This document shows positions 49,787 through 59,188 of a DNA stretch of 64,000 nucleotides, one piece after another. Origin of the DNA: an uncultured bacterium. Its GTDB lineage: Bacteria; Actinomycetota; Acidimicrobiia; Spongiisociales; ZC4RG35. Position 1 is the stretch's first letter; the number at the start of each line of letters is the position of its first letter. Both the position numbers and the translations under genes were made by a program. The notes below the pieces were generated by a model. It made no database searches. It saw only the letters and a program-made list of their open reading frames with translations, and was not told the origin of the DNA. The DNA lies in assembly GCA_963753285.1 (NCBI GenBank), contig CAVWBT010000008.1, positions 112,045-176,044 on the forward strand, given 5' to 3'.

Positions 49787-51267
49787 AGAGTGGCGCCGGT
49801 CCGTTCGTTGAACTCGCGGATCATCTCATCCCATCGATCCGTGTAGCTACGGAGCCCATCCCACCACTCCAGTCGGCGCCGGGCTTCGAAGGTCGGGAAC
49901 GGAATGTCCTGCTGCTCGACCCAGGTGTAGTAACCGAGGTTGAAGATCCGACGTCTGTCGACCTCGCTCAGCTCGAGCAGATGCTCGGTGTCGGTTCCCT
50001 CGAGGAAGCGGGCGTGGGCTGCTGCGGCCGCAGCCCGGTCGAAGTCGCCGCCGTGGTCCCGTTCGATGATCGGCTCCAACTCCGAGCTGTACATCTCGAA
50101 GCCATCGGTGGCTACGGTGACGATCACATCGTCGGATCCGTAGCCGTGATACTTGGCGAGCTTGATCGCGGCCAGCATGTTTGCGATCGACGAGTACCCG
50201 AGATGACGGAGCTGGGCGACGAACTCCGGGTCGAGCCCGAGTCCGACCAGATACTCCTTGCCGGCCGGTGTGTTGAACAACACGGTCAACGTGTCGGTCG
50301 CCCGATCGGAGATGGCGACGACGTCGTCTGAGTTGGTGACGTTGTGGATGAGTGGGATGTGCTTGTCGCCGATCCCCTGGATGTTGTGCTCCCCGTAGCC
50401 GTTGTAGAGCATGGTGGGACACTCGAGCGCCTCGACCGGGACGATCCGGCATCCGTGTCGCTCCTTGAGATAATCGCCTGCGCCCAGGGTCCCCGCCGAT
50501 CCCGACGCCGAGACGTAGGCCACGAGGTTCGAGCCGCCGGTGTCCTCGAAGACCCGTTCCAACGCCGGTCCGGTCACCCGGTAGTGGCCCAGGTGGTTCG
50601 AGAACTCCGAGAACTGGTTGAGGATCACGTTGCTCTCGTCCTTGGCCAGTTCCTTGCAGGCGTCGTAGATCTCCTTGACGTTCGACTCGGTGCCGTACGT
50701 GCGGATGACGTCGGACGGATCGGCGATCCACGCGTCCAGCCAGTCGAAACGCTCCCGGCTCATCCCCTCCGGCAGCACCGCCACTCCACGACAGCCCATG
50801 ATTCGCGAGATCGCCACGCCACCCCGCGCGTAGTTGCCGGTCGAGGGCCAGATCGCCCGGTGCCGGGTCGGGTCGAATGCGCCTGCCACGAGCTTCGGAG
50901 CCAGGCACGAGTAGGCGGCCAGCACCTTGTGGGCGGTGATCATGGGGAATCGATGGCCGAGCGCCAACACGATCCGGGCGTCGACACCAGAGAGTTCACT
51001 CGGGATCTCGAGGTAGCCGGGCACGTCGACGCGGCCCCGCCGGTCGTCGGCGTTGTACCAGTGGACGCGCCAGAGGTTGCGGGCGTCGGCGTCGTCCGGT
51101 CCGATGGGTTCGAGTGCCCGCTCGGTCTGCTCCGGCATCAGCGACGGATCCGCGAGCTGAGCGAAGGTGGGGAGGACGATGTTGCGCTCTCGGAAGCGGT
51201 CGATCGTGCGGGTGAGCGCCTCGGCATCGACGATCTCGTCGTACAGGCCCAACAGTTCAGCAGTCAT
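49783..51267 (-). CDS. PLP-dependent fold type II enzyme (494 aa)
   Basis: AHKV (PLP Lys), STGNY, GSAGT, HNIQGIG. Confidence 0.82.
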   Translation of the reverse strand: MTAELLGLYDEIVDAEALTRTIDRFRERNIVLPTFAQLADPSLMPEQTERALEPIGPDDADARNLWRVHWYNADDRRGRVDVPGYLEIPSELSGVDARIVLALGHRFPMITAHKVLAAYSCLAPKLVAGAFDPTRHRAIWPSTGNYARGGVAISRIMGCRGVAVLPEGMSRERFDWLDAWIADPSDVIRTYGTESNVKEIYDACKELAKDESNVILNQFSEFSNHLGHYRVTGPALERVFEDTGGSNLVAYVSASGSAGTLGAGDYLKERHGCRIVPVEALECPTMLYNGYGEHNIQGIGDKHIPLIHNVTNSDDVVAISDRATDTLTVLFNTPAGKEYLVGLGLDPEFVAQLRHLGYSSIANMLAAIKLAKYHGYGSDDVIVTVATDGFEMYSSELEPIIERDHGGDFDRAAAAAAHARFLEGTDTEHLLELSEVDRRRIFNLGYYTWVEQQDIPFPTFEARRRLEWWDGLRSYTDRWDEMIREFNERTGATL

Positions 51268-51336
51268 TCTTCTGACGCTAGTACCTGCATATCCGGTGTT
51301 TCCGTCGCGAGCACGAATTCGGCACCGTGGGCGCCT

Positions 51337-52176
51337 TCACAACTCTGCGATCCTCGCGTAGGTCTCGGGGCGGCGGTCACGGAAGAACTGCCAGTAGTTG
51401 CGGGTCTCCTCGACCATCGACATGTCGAGATCCCGGACGACGACATCGTCGTCGGCATCCGAACCGAGATCCCCGACGAAGTTGGCGCGCGGGTCCACGA
51501 AATAGGACGACCCGTAGTACTCGGTTCCTTCGTACGGGTCGGTTCCCACCCGGTTGATCGCTCCGATGAAGTACTCGTTGGCGACGGCCGCGGCCGGCTG
51601 TTCCAGACGCCACAGGTAATCGGAGTGCCCCTTGGTGGTCGCCGAAGGGTTGAACACGATCTTGGCTCCGTTGAGTCCGAGCTCACGCCACCCCTCAGGG
51701 AAGTGGCGGTCGTAACAGATGTACACCCCGATCGTCCCGACTGCGGTCTCGAACACGGGATAGCCCAGGTTCCCGGGCCGAAAGTAGAACTTCTCCCAGA
51801 ATCCCTTCACCTGGGGAATGTGGTTCTTTCGGTACTTTCCCAGCAGTTCGCCGTCGGCGTCGATCACGGCGGCCGTGTTGTAGTACGTGCCGTCGTCGAC
51901 CTTCTCGAACATCGGGACGACCAGCACCATCCCGGTCTCCTTCGCAAGGGCCACCATCCGCTCGGTGGTGGGACCCGGCATCGGCTCTGCGTAGGCAAAG
52001 TGCTCTCGCTCCTGGATGGCACAGAAGTACGGGGTGGAGAAGATCTCCTGGAAGCACAGCACCTGGGCGCCGTCTTCGGCGGCCTGGCGGGCGTACCCGA
52101 TCTGCTTTTCGACCATGGACTCGACGTCGCCGGTCCATTCGGCCTGCACGAGTGCGGCGCGCACGATGCTGCTCAT
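51337..52176 (-). CDS. Carbon-nitrogen hydrolase (beta-ureidopropionase/N-carbamoylase-like)
   Basis: FQE, YRKNHIP, FWEKFYF, ICYDRHFPE (E-K-C triad). Confidence 0.88.
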   Translation of the reverse strand: MSSIVRAALVQAEWTGDVESMVEKQIGYARQAAEDGAQVLCFQEIFSTPYFCAIQEREHFAYAEPMPGPTTERMVALAKETGMVLVVPMFEKVDDGTYYNTAAVIDADGELLGKYRKNHIPQVKGFWEKFYFRPGNLGYPVFETAVGTIGVYICYDRHFPEGWRELGLNGAKIVFNPSATTKGHSDYLWRLEQPAAAVANEYFIGAINRVGTDPYEGTEYYGSSYFVDPRANFVGDLGSDADDDVVVRDLDMSMVEETRNYWQFFRDRRPETYARIAEL

Positions 52177-52219
52177 TCGAACTCCTCGGGGGTTTTCGAC
52201 GAATTGTAAATCTGGACGA

Positions 52220-52600
52220 TCACGCCACCGCGACGATGGCGATCTCGACCTTCCACCGGCGCTGCGCCAGCTCGGGAACGGTGACGAGCGTCGACGCAGC
52301 ACGATGATCGCCCATGAAACGGTCGCGTTCGGCCATGACGGCGACGAGGTCATTGCCGGCGACGACATACGTCACGACCGACACGATGTCGGTGACCTCC
52401 ATGGCTGCTTCCGACAGCATGGCCGCGATGTTCGACCACACTACGGCTGCCTGCTCGCCGATGTCCTCGGGAGTACTTCCGTCCACTCGGGCGGGGACGA
52501 CTCCCGACGTGTGCAGCATCCTGGTGCCTGTCGAGACCACGGCGTGGGCATAGTTGGCGGCGGGAGCGGGGATCCCGTCCGGCGAGATGAGGCGGTGCAT
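52220..52600 (-). CDS. RidA/YjgF family protein
   Basis: YAHAV, TSG, EQA, RAAST, KVEI. Confidence 0.85.
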   Translation of the reverse strand: MHRLISPDGIPAPAANYAHAVVSTGTRMLHTSGVVPARVDGSTPEDIGEQAAVVWSNIAAMLSEAAMEVTDIVSVVTYVVAGNDLVAVMAERDRFMGDHRAASTLVTVPELAQRRWKVEIAIVAVA

Positions 52601-52658
52601 CCGCCGAGTGTGACAGATGGCACGTGATCGGGTGGGGCCGACCGGATATGTTCGGTGG

Positions 52659-53984
52659 ATGACTGCATCCAACCCGACCAGGGTCTTGATCCTGGGAGCC
52701 GCCGGCCGCGACTTCCACAACTTCAACATGCTCTATCGCGACGATCCCTCCCAGCGCGTCGTTGCGTTCACCGCCACACAGATCCCGGACATCGCAGGTC
52801 GGGTCTATCCGCCCGAGCTGGCTGGAGACCTCTACCCCGCCGGCGTCCCCATCGTGCCGGAGGAACGCCTGGAGGCGCTCGTCGCCGAAGAGGACATCGA
52901 TGTCGTGATGTTCGCCTATTCCGATGTCGGCCACGACCACGTCATGCACCTTGCTGCGCGGGCGAATGCCGCCGGTGCCTCGTTCCTGTTGGCCGGAGAC
53001 GAGACGATGCTGCGCTCTTCCAAGCCGGTCATCTCCGTCACGGCGGCACGCACCGGATCTGGCAAGAGTCAGACCTCGCGGAGGATCCGCTCCATCGCCG
53101 CCGAGATGGGAGCTCGGGCCGCTGCGATCCGACACCCCATGCCATACGGCAATCTCGTCAAGCAACGTGTGCAGCGGTTCGAGACGTTCGATGAGCTCGT
53201 GGCCGCCGAAGCCACCATCGAGGAGCGCGAGGAGTACGAGCCGTACCTGCGGGAAGGCGCCATCGTGTTCGCCGGAGCCGACTACGCCGCCATCCTCGAA
53301 GCGGCCGAATCGGAGACCGATGTCGTCTTGTGGGACGGGGGAAACAACGACACGCCGTTCATCCGGCCCGATCTCGACATCTGCGTCGTCGACCCGCACC
53401 GGGCGGGACACGAACTCAGGTACTGGCCCGGTGAGGCGAACCTCCGGCGGGCGGGCGTCATCGTCGTCAACAAGGTCGACTCTGCTCGCCCGGAGGATCT
53501 GGACACGATCCGGTCCAACATCTCCATCGCCAATCCCGATGCATTGGTGATCGAGGCCGCGTCCGTGGTTCGGGTGGACGACCCGGACCTCATCGCCGGC
53601 AAGCGCGTGCTCGTCGTCGAGGACGGCCCGACCACCACGCACGGCGAGATGGCCTACGGGGCCGGGATGGTCGCAGCTCGGACGTTCGGCGCGGCCGAGG
53701 TGATCGACCCTCGACCGTTCGCCGTCGGGTCACTGGTGGACATCTTCGAGAAGTGGACCCACCTCGAACAGGTGCTCCCGGCGATGGGCTACGGCGAGCA
53801 GCAGCGCGCCGACCTGCGGGAGACTATCCACCGGGCGTCCGCTCAGGCGGACGTCGTCGTCATCGGAACCCCGATCGACCTCGCCGGGCTGCTCGACCTC
53901 GAGACACCGTCGGTTCGCGTGTTCTACGACCTCGAGGAGAAGAGCGGCCCCAGCCTCGAAGAGTTGGTCGCCCCGTTGCTGTGA
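52659..53984 (+). CDS. P-loop enzyme of the cyclic-2,3-DPG-synthetase/ArcE-like family
   Basis: GAAGRDFHNFN, RTGSGKS, IRHPMPYG, TIEEREEYEP, WDGGNND, EDGPT.THG, PAMGY. Confidence 0.75.
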   Translation: MTASNPTRVLILGAAGRDFHNFNMLYRDDPSQRVVAFTATQIPDIAGRVYPPELAGDLYPAGVPIVPEERLEALVAEEDIDVVMFAYSDVGHDHVMHLAARANAAGASFLLAGDETMLRSSKPVISVTAARTGSGKSQTSRRIRSIAAEMGARAAAIRHPMPYGNLVKQRVQRFETFDELVAAEATIEEREEYEPYLREGAIVFAGADYAAILEAAESETDVVLWDGGNNDTPFIRPDLDICVVDPHRAGHELRYWPGEANLRRAGVIVVNKVDSARPEDLDTIRSNISIANPDALVIEAASVVRVDDPDLIAGKRVLVVEDGPTTTHGEMAYGAGMVAARTFGAAEVIDPRPFAVGSLVDIFEKWTHLEQVLPAMGYGEQQRADLRETIHRASAQADVVVIGTPIDLAGLLDLETPSVRVFYDLEEKSGPSLEELVAPLL

Positions 53985-53990
53985 GAGTCA

Positions 53991-54060
53991 TTGGCTCTTG
54001 GCTCTTGGCTCTTGGCTCTTGGCTCTTGGCTCTTGGCTCTCGGCTCTTGGCTCTTGGCCT
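53991..54060. repeat. Heptanucleotide tandem repeat (TTGGCTC)x10
   Basis: 7 perfect units followed by TCGGCTC, TTGGCTC and TTGGCCT. Confidence 0.97.
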
Positions 54061-54120
54061 GGGCACTCTGTGCCGAACTCCACTTGAAACCTGAAACGGG
54101 AGACCTCGGACCCGAGACGC

Positions 54121-55390
54121 TCAGTCGGCGGCGTAGAAGACGATGGCTTCGTCGATCGTGCTGCCCGGGGGCGGCCAGACGCCGATCCGGAGATCGGGGG
54201 TCGATGCGATCTCGAACGGGACGTTGATCGCGAGAGTCGTCGAGCGGAACCCGCTCCCACGCTTCGCCATCGATCGACCGCCACAGCGCCGGGACGGCCT
54301 GGACTCCGGATCGGCGCGCGTCGAAGTCCTCGCCGGACACCCAGATGTACCCGTCGGCCACGGTCAGTGCTTGACCTGTCATATACGCCACCGAGGGGTC
54401 AGTCGTTTCGGGCGGAGGTGGCAGACGCCGCCATTCGAACCCGTCCGGCGACGCCCAGGCGGTCATCAGTCCGGTCTGGAAGAAGTCTCCTCCGACAGCG
54501 AAATACCGGTCGCCGACACGTGCGATGTCCAAGATCATGTGGTCGTCGAAGCCAGGCCCACCCGCAGGCGTCACCCGCCGCCACCTGAGCCCGTCCGGTG
54601 ACGTGAACACGGCGGCGGTCGGCACGAACTCACCTCCCGGTGAGGACCCTGCGGCGAGCAGGCCGTCGCCTCCTTCGATCACCGAAGCGATCCCTGAGCT
54701 GTCGAACAAGGACTGCGACGGGTGAGCGTTCTCGACCCAGGTCTCGCCGTCGGTCGTCGTGACGAGCGTGGCGACCGTCGACTCGTTCAAGGACGCTCGC
54801 CGATACAGCACCGTCATACGCTCGCCGTCAGGTGAGACGAACAGGTTGTCGACGTATCCGAGCTGGAAGGTCTCCTCGTAGCCGAGGATGCCCGGGACGT
54901 CGACGATCTCCCACACCTCCCCGTCCGAGGACCGCAGGAGCGGCCCGAGCCCGCCGGCGAACCAGCCGAACGGCGTCGAGACGACCTCCTGGACGCATCG
55001 AACGTCCTGCGGCCCCGCCGTCTCGGGTTCGGACGCCCGCTCGAAATCGAAACCCTCATCCGACCACCAGACGGGGAAACCCGTAGAACCGTCAGACGGG
55101 CAGCCGACGAGGACCAGCCTGCCGTCCTCCATTGCCCCATCGACCGGGACGACCCCACCGAAGACGTCCGTGTCGACATCGAGCCGACCCCAGCCCTCGG
55201 CTGGATCGGGACGCGTGGTCGAGGTCGTCGGCACATCCGTAGAGGACGATGACGTCGACATATCCGATGATGTGGTGGCGACGGACGTCGTGGACACCTG
55301 AACATCCGATGTGTCCGACGAGCTGCCATCGCAGCCGGCAATGGCAAGGGCGACGAGCAGAATGGCGCACATGGGTTTCGAGACGCTCAT
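54121..55390 (-). CDS. Lipoprotein with Asp-box (SxDGxxW) beta-propeller repeats; frameshift near 54235
   Basis: Lipobox IAGC, repeats SSDGEVW, TTDGETW, SPDGLRW, SPDGFEW, SIDGEAW; natural end VFYAAD* at 54121. Confidence 0.75.
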
Positions 55391-55574
55391 TGCGTGATCT
55401 TCTCTCGCGCGAGGACTCTCCTCCAGGGGTCGAAGGTAACGGGATCGAAACCTTGTGATTTGTATAGTTGATGGGGATGAGCCGAAACCTGAAGATCGCC
55501 GCTGCGCACATGGGTCCGGTCCATCCGAGCGACCGGCGCGACGACGGTGTGCTCCCCCCTACGGAGGACATCAG

Positions 55575-58160
55575 ATGACACTCGCTCCCCACCAGACGGT
55601 CACGATCACGATCAATGGCGAAGCCAAATCGGTCGAAGCCGACCACCCCCATCTGCTGGCCGCTCTCCGCGAAGAGCTCGACGTCACCTCCCCGAAGGAC
55701 GGATGCTCGCCCTCGGGCCAATGCGGCTGCTGCACCGTCTTGATGGACGGCAAGGCGATCCAGGCGTGCCTGGTGTCGATGGAGAAGGCGAATGGCCGAG
55801 AGATCGTCACGCTCGAAGGATTCGACGACGAGGAGCGGGGCCGGCTCGCTCGCGCCTTCGCAGCCAAGGGTGCGCTCCAGTGCGGGTTCTGCACCCCCGG
55901 GATCCTCGTGCGGGCGAAGGCGCTCATCGATCAGAAGGGCCCCGACCTCGACCGATCGACGATCCAGGGGCGGCTCGGCGCCCACCTCTGTCGCTGCACG
56001 GGGTACACGAAGATCATCGAGGCGATCGAACTGCTCGCCACCGGCGAAGAGATCCCCGTACCACCGGCTCCCGACGGCATCGGCTCGGGTGGAGCCAAGT
56101 ACGAGGCCGTCGAACTCGCGCTCGGCGACCGCGGATTCATCGACGATCTGCGTGTCCCCGGGATGTTGCACGGTGCGCTTCGCCTCACCGATCACGCCCG
56201 GGCGGATGTGCTCGACATCGACACGACCGACGCCGAGGCGCTCGAAGGTGTCGTGGCGATCTTCACCGGTGACGACGTCCCCGGACAGCTCTCCGTCGGT
56301 CTCATCCACACCGACTGGCCGGTGTTCATCCCGATCGGGGGGCGCACCAGCTACCTCGGCGATGTACTGGCGATCGTGGTCGCCGAGACCCAACAGACCG
56401 CAAGGGAGGCGGCCGAACTGATCCGCGTCTCCTACGACGTGCACACCCCGTTCACCGACGCGCTCACCGCGCTCGAGTCCGAGGAGGATGCCGTGTGGGG
56501 CCTCGACGGCAACGTCCTGTCGCGCTCGGTGTACGCCCGGGGGGACGTCGACGCTGCACTGGCCGGCTCGACCCACGTGGTCAGAGAGGTGTTCGAGACC
56601 CAACGCGTCGAGCAGGCGTTCCTCGAGCCAGAGTCCACTCTGGTCGTTCCCCGTGAGGACGGCGGACTCCACGTCTACTCGGGCGGACAGGGAATCTGGG
56701 ACGACCGCAATCAGATCTGCGCAGTGCTCGGCCTCCCGACCGACCAGGTCAGCGTCCAACTCGTTTCGAACGGCGGGGCGTTCGGCGGCAAGGAGGATCT
56801 GTCGAACCAGGCGCAGACGGCGCTGGCGGCGCACCTCACCGGACGGCCGGTCAAGTGCACACTGACCCGCGAGCAGTCGCTCCTGATGCACGCCAAACGC
56901 CATCCGATCCGCATCGACCTGACGGTCGCCTGCGACGGCGACGGCAAACTCACGGCAGTCAAGGCGAGGATGATCGGCGACTCGGGGCCCTACGCCTCGG
57001 TCGGCATGAAGGTGCTCGAACGCGCGGCCGGGCACGCATCCGGACCGTACGTGACACCCACGATCGACGTCGACGCCGTCGCCGTCCGGACCAACAACCC
57101 CGTCTGCGGGGCGTTCCGAGGGTTCGGAGCCAACCAGGCCCAGTTCGCCATGGAGGGGGCACTCGACCGGCTGGCCGAACTGGTCGGCATCACGGGATGG
57201 GAGATCCGAAGCAGGAACGTCATCGAACCCGGTGTGATCTGGGGGCCGGGCCAGCGCATGGACGACGGATGCCTCGGCGCGCGCTCCTGTCTCGACGCCG
57301 TCAAGCAGGCCTATGACGACGCCCGTGCCGCCGGCAAGGCGGTGGGACTCGGCCTCTCGCTCAAGAACTCCGGCCTCGGGAACGGCTCCAAGGAGATCGC
57401 GCGAGCCGTCGTGCACTTCCGGGACGATGGCCAGATCGAGGTCCGGCACTGCTGGACCGAGATGGGCCAGGGCGTTCACACCGTCGCCCAGCAGGTGGCC
57501 GTGACCGAACTGGGAATCGAGCCGGGCCGGATCGAGGTCCTCGTCGACACCAGCCGCGAGCTGGGGGCCGGCCAGACCACCGGATCCCGCGGGACCCTGA
57601 TGGCTGCAGGTTCCGTGAAGGCCGCGTGTGAAGCTGCCCTGGCGGGCGGCTGCCAGAGCGGCGTCGACTATGCCGGCGAGTACGTCGTCGATTGGACGCA
57701 CTCGCTCGAGGACGACATCGGTGAGCCCACACTCCATTCGGTATTCGCGTACGCTGCGCAGGTCGTGATCGCCGATCCCGAGACCGGAGAGATCGAACGC
57801 GTCGTGGCGGCGCATGACGTCGGAAAGGCGGTCAACCCGACGCTGTGCGAAGGCCAGGTGGAAGGCGCCGTTCACATGGGCCTCGGGTACGCGCTCACCG
57901 AGGACTTCCCAACCGACGAGCACGGGCGCCCCACGAACATGACCCTTCGGAGCTTGGGGATCATCCGCCCGAAGGACATGCCGGAGGTCGACGTGATCCT
58001 GATCGAGTCTCCAGACCCGAACTCGCCGTACGGGATCAAGGGGGTCGGCGAGATCGGGCTGGTACCCACCGCCGGGGCAGTCGCGGCGGCGCTACACGAG
58101 GTCGACGGCGTCTGGCGGACCAAGCTGCCATTCGACGTTCATCAGCCGGTGACGAGATGA
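55575..58160 (+). CDS. xdh: Molybdenum hydroxylase with fused 2x[2Fe-2S] domain, selenium-dependent xanthine dehydrogenase type
   Basis: GCSPSGQCGCC, QCGFC, CRCTGY, GGAFGGK, HAKRH, GAFRGFG, WEIR.RN, KNSGLG, KGVGE; GGAGG RBS. Confidence 0.85.
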   Translation: MTLAPHQTVTITINGEAKSVEADHPHLLAALREELDVTSPKDGCSPSGQCGCCTVLMDGKAIQACLVSMEKANGREIVTLEGFDDEERGRLARAFAAKGALQCGFCTPGILVRAKALIDQKGPDLDRSTIQGRLGAHLCRCTGYTKIIEAIELLATGEEIPVPPAPDGIGSGGAKYEAVELALGDRGFIDDLRVPGMLHGALRLTDHARADVLDIDTTDAEALEGVVAIFTGDDVPGQLSVGLIHTDWPVFIPIGGRTSYLGDVLAIVVAETQQTAREAAELIRVSYDVHTPFTDALTALESEEDAVWGLDGNVLSRSVYARGDVDAALAGSTHVVREVFETQRVEQAFLEPESTLVVPREDGGLHVYSGGQGIWDDRNQICAVLGLPTDQVSVQLVSNGGAFGGKEDLSNQAQTALAAHLTGRPVKCTLTREQSLLMHAKRHPIRIDLTVACDGDGKLTAVKARMIGDSGPYASVGMKVLERAAGHASGPYVTPTIDVDAVAVRTNNPVCGAFRGFGANQAQFAMEGALDRLAELVGITGWEIRSRNVIEPGVIWGPGQRMDDGCLGARSCLDAVKQAYDDARAAGKAVGLGLSLKNSGLGNGSKEIARAVVHFRDDGQIEVRHCWTEMGQGVHTVAQQVAVTELGIEPGRIEVLVDTSRELGAGQTTGSRGTLMAAGSVKAACEAALAGGCQSGVDYAGEYVVDWTHSLEDDIGEPTLHSVFAYAAQVVIADPETGEIERVVAAHDVGKAVNPTLCEGQVEGAVHMGLGYALTEDFPTDEHGRPTNMTLRSLGIIRPKDMPEVDVILIESPDPNSPYGIKGVGEIGLVPTAGAVAAALHEVDGVWRTKLPFDVHQPVTR

Positions 58161-59179
58161 GAGAGACCACACCCGGGATGGTGTGTGCCCACCACCACCT
58201 CTACTCCACGCTGGCGCGCGGCATGCCCGCTCCCCCGGAGACCCCGACCACCTTCCAGGGGATCCTCGAGCAGATCTGGTGGAGGCTTGATGCTGCGCTC
58301 GATCTCGAGATGCTCGAGTGGTCGGCGAAGCTCGGAGCGCTCGAAGCCCTCCAACAGGGCACCACCGCCATCATCGATCATCACGAGTCACCGAACGCCA
58401 TCGAAGGTTCGCTTTCGGTCATCGCCGAGGCATGCGCCGAGATCGGCGTCAGGGTGATCACCGCGTACGGCGTCACCGATCGTCACGGTGCCGACGGAGC
58501 GGCTCGAGGACTGGAGGAGAACCGCCGATTCCTCTCGGAGGGCGGTTCCGGTCTCGTCGGGATCCACGCTGCCTTCACCTGCTCGGACGAGACGCTCGAG
58601 GCGGCCGCCGCCCTGGCCGCCGAGTTCGGCACAGGCGTGCACATCCACGTGTGCGAGGGACCCGAGGACGCTGACGCCCCGAATCGGCTGCGGGGGCTCA
58701 CGAACGACGATTGGCTCCTCGCCCATTGCGTGCACCTGCCGACCGACCACGATCTGGCGGGCACGATCCTGCACAACCCGATGTCGAACCTGAACAACTC
58801 GGTCGGATACGCCGACCCGGCCCGCTTCGACAACCCGGTCGCACTCGGCACCGACGGGATCGGCGCCGACATGATCGAGACCTTCCGCCTTGCCTACGTG
58901 ATGAGCCGATCGGTCGATGTCACCGCCTCCCCCGAGCACGCCTGGTCGTGGCTCGAACAGGGCTGGAAGCTGGTGCCCGAGGCACGACAAGACACCGTCA
59001 CCTGGTCGTACGCGCCGATGGAGCCCTGGCACGTTGCGTTCACTGCGGGCATCCGGCCCCTCGACATCGTGATCGACGGCGAACGGGTGCTCGAAGACGG
59101 CGAACCGACTCGTGTCGACGCATTCGAGATCAGAGCCAAAGCAGCCGAACAGGCCGCCAGACTCCACGCCCGACTCTGA
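58157..59179 (+). CDS. ssnA: SsnA-like amidohydrolase (short)
   Basis: HHHLYS..ARGM, IWWRLD, DHHES, HAAFT, HIHV.E, AHCVH, GTDG. Confidence 0.8.
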   Translation: MRETTPGMVCAHHHLYSTLARGMPAPPETPTTFQGILEQIWWRLDAALDLEMLEWSAKLGALEALQQGTTAIIDHHESPNAIEGSLSVIAEACAEIGVRVITAYGVTDRHGADGAARGLEENRRFLSEGGSGLVGIHAAFTCSDETLEAAAALAAEFGTGVHIHVCEGPEDADAPNRLRGLTNDDWLLAHCVHLPTDHDLAGTILHNPMSNLNNSVGYADPARFDNPVALGTDGIGADMIETFRLAYVMSRSVDVTASPEHAWSWLEQGWKLVPEARQDTVTWSYAPMEPWHVAFTAGIRPLDIVIDGERVLEDGEPTRVDAFEIRAKAAEQAARLHARL

Positions 59180-59188
59180 GGAGGTCAC

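Noticed and set aside
53924-54235. C-terminal AKSQEPR repeat tail on the 55390 lipoprotein
   Set aside because: Read-through caused by a frameshift near 54235 into the intergenic microsatellite; the natural stop is at 54121
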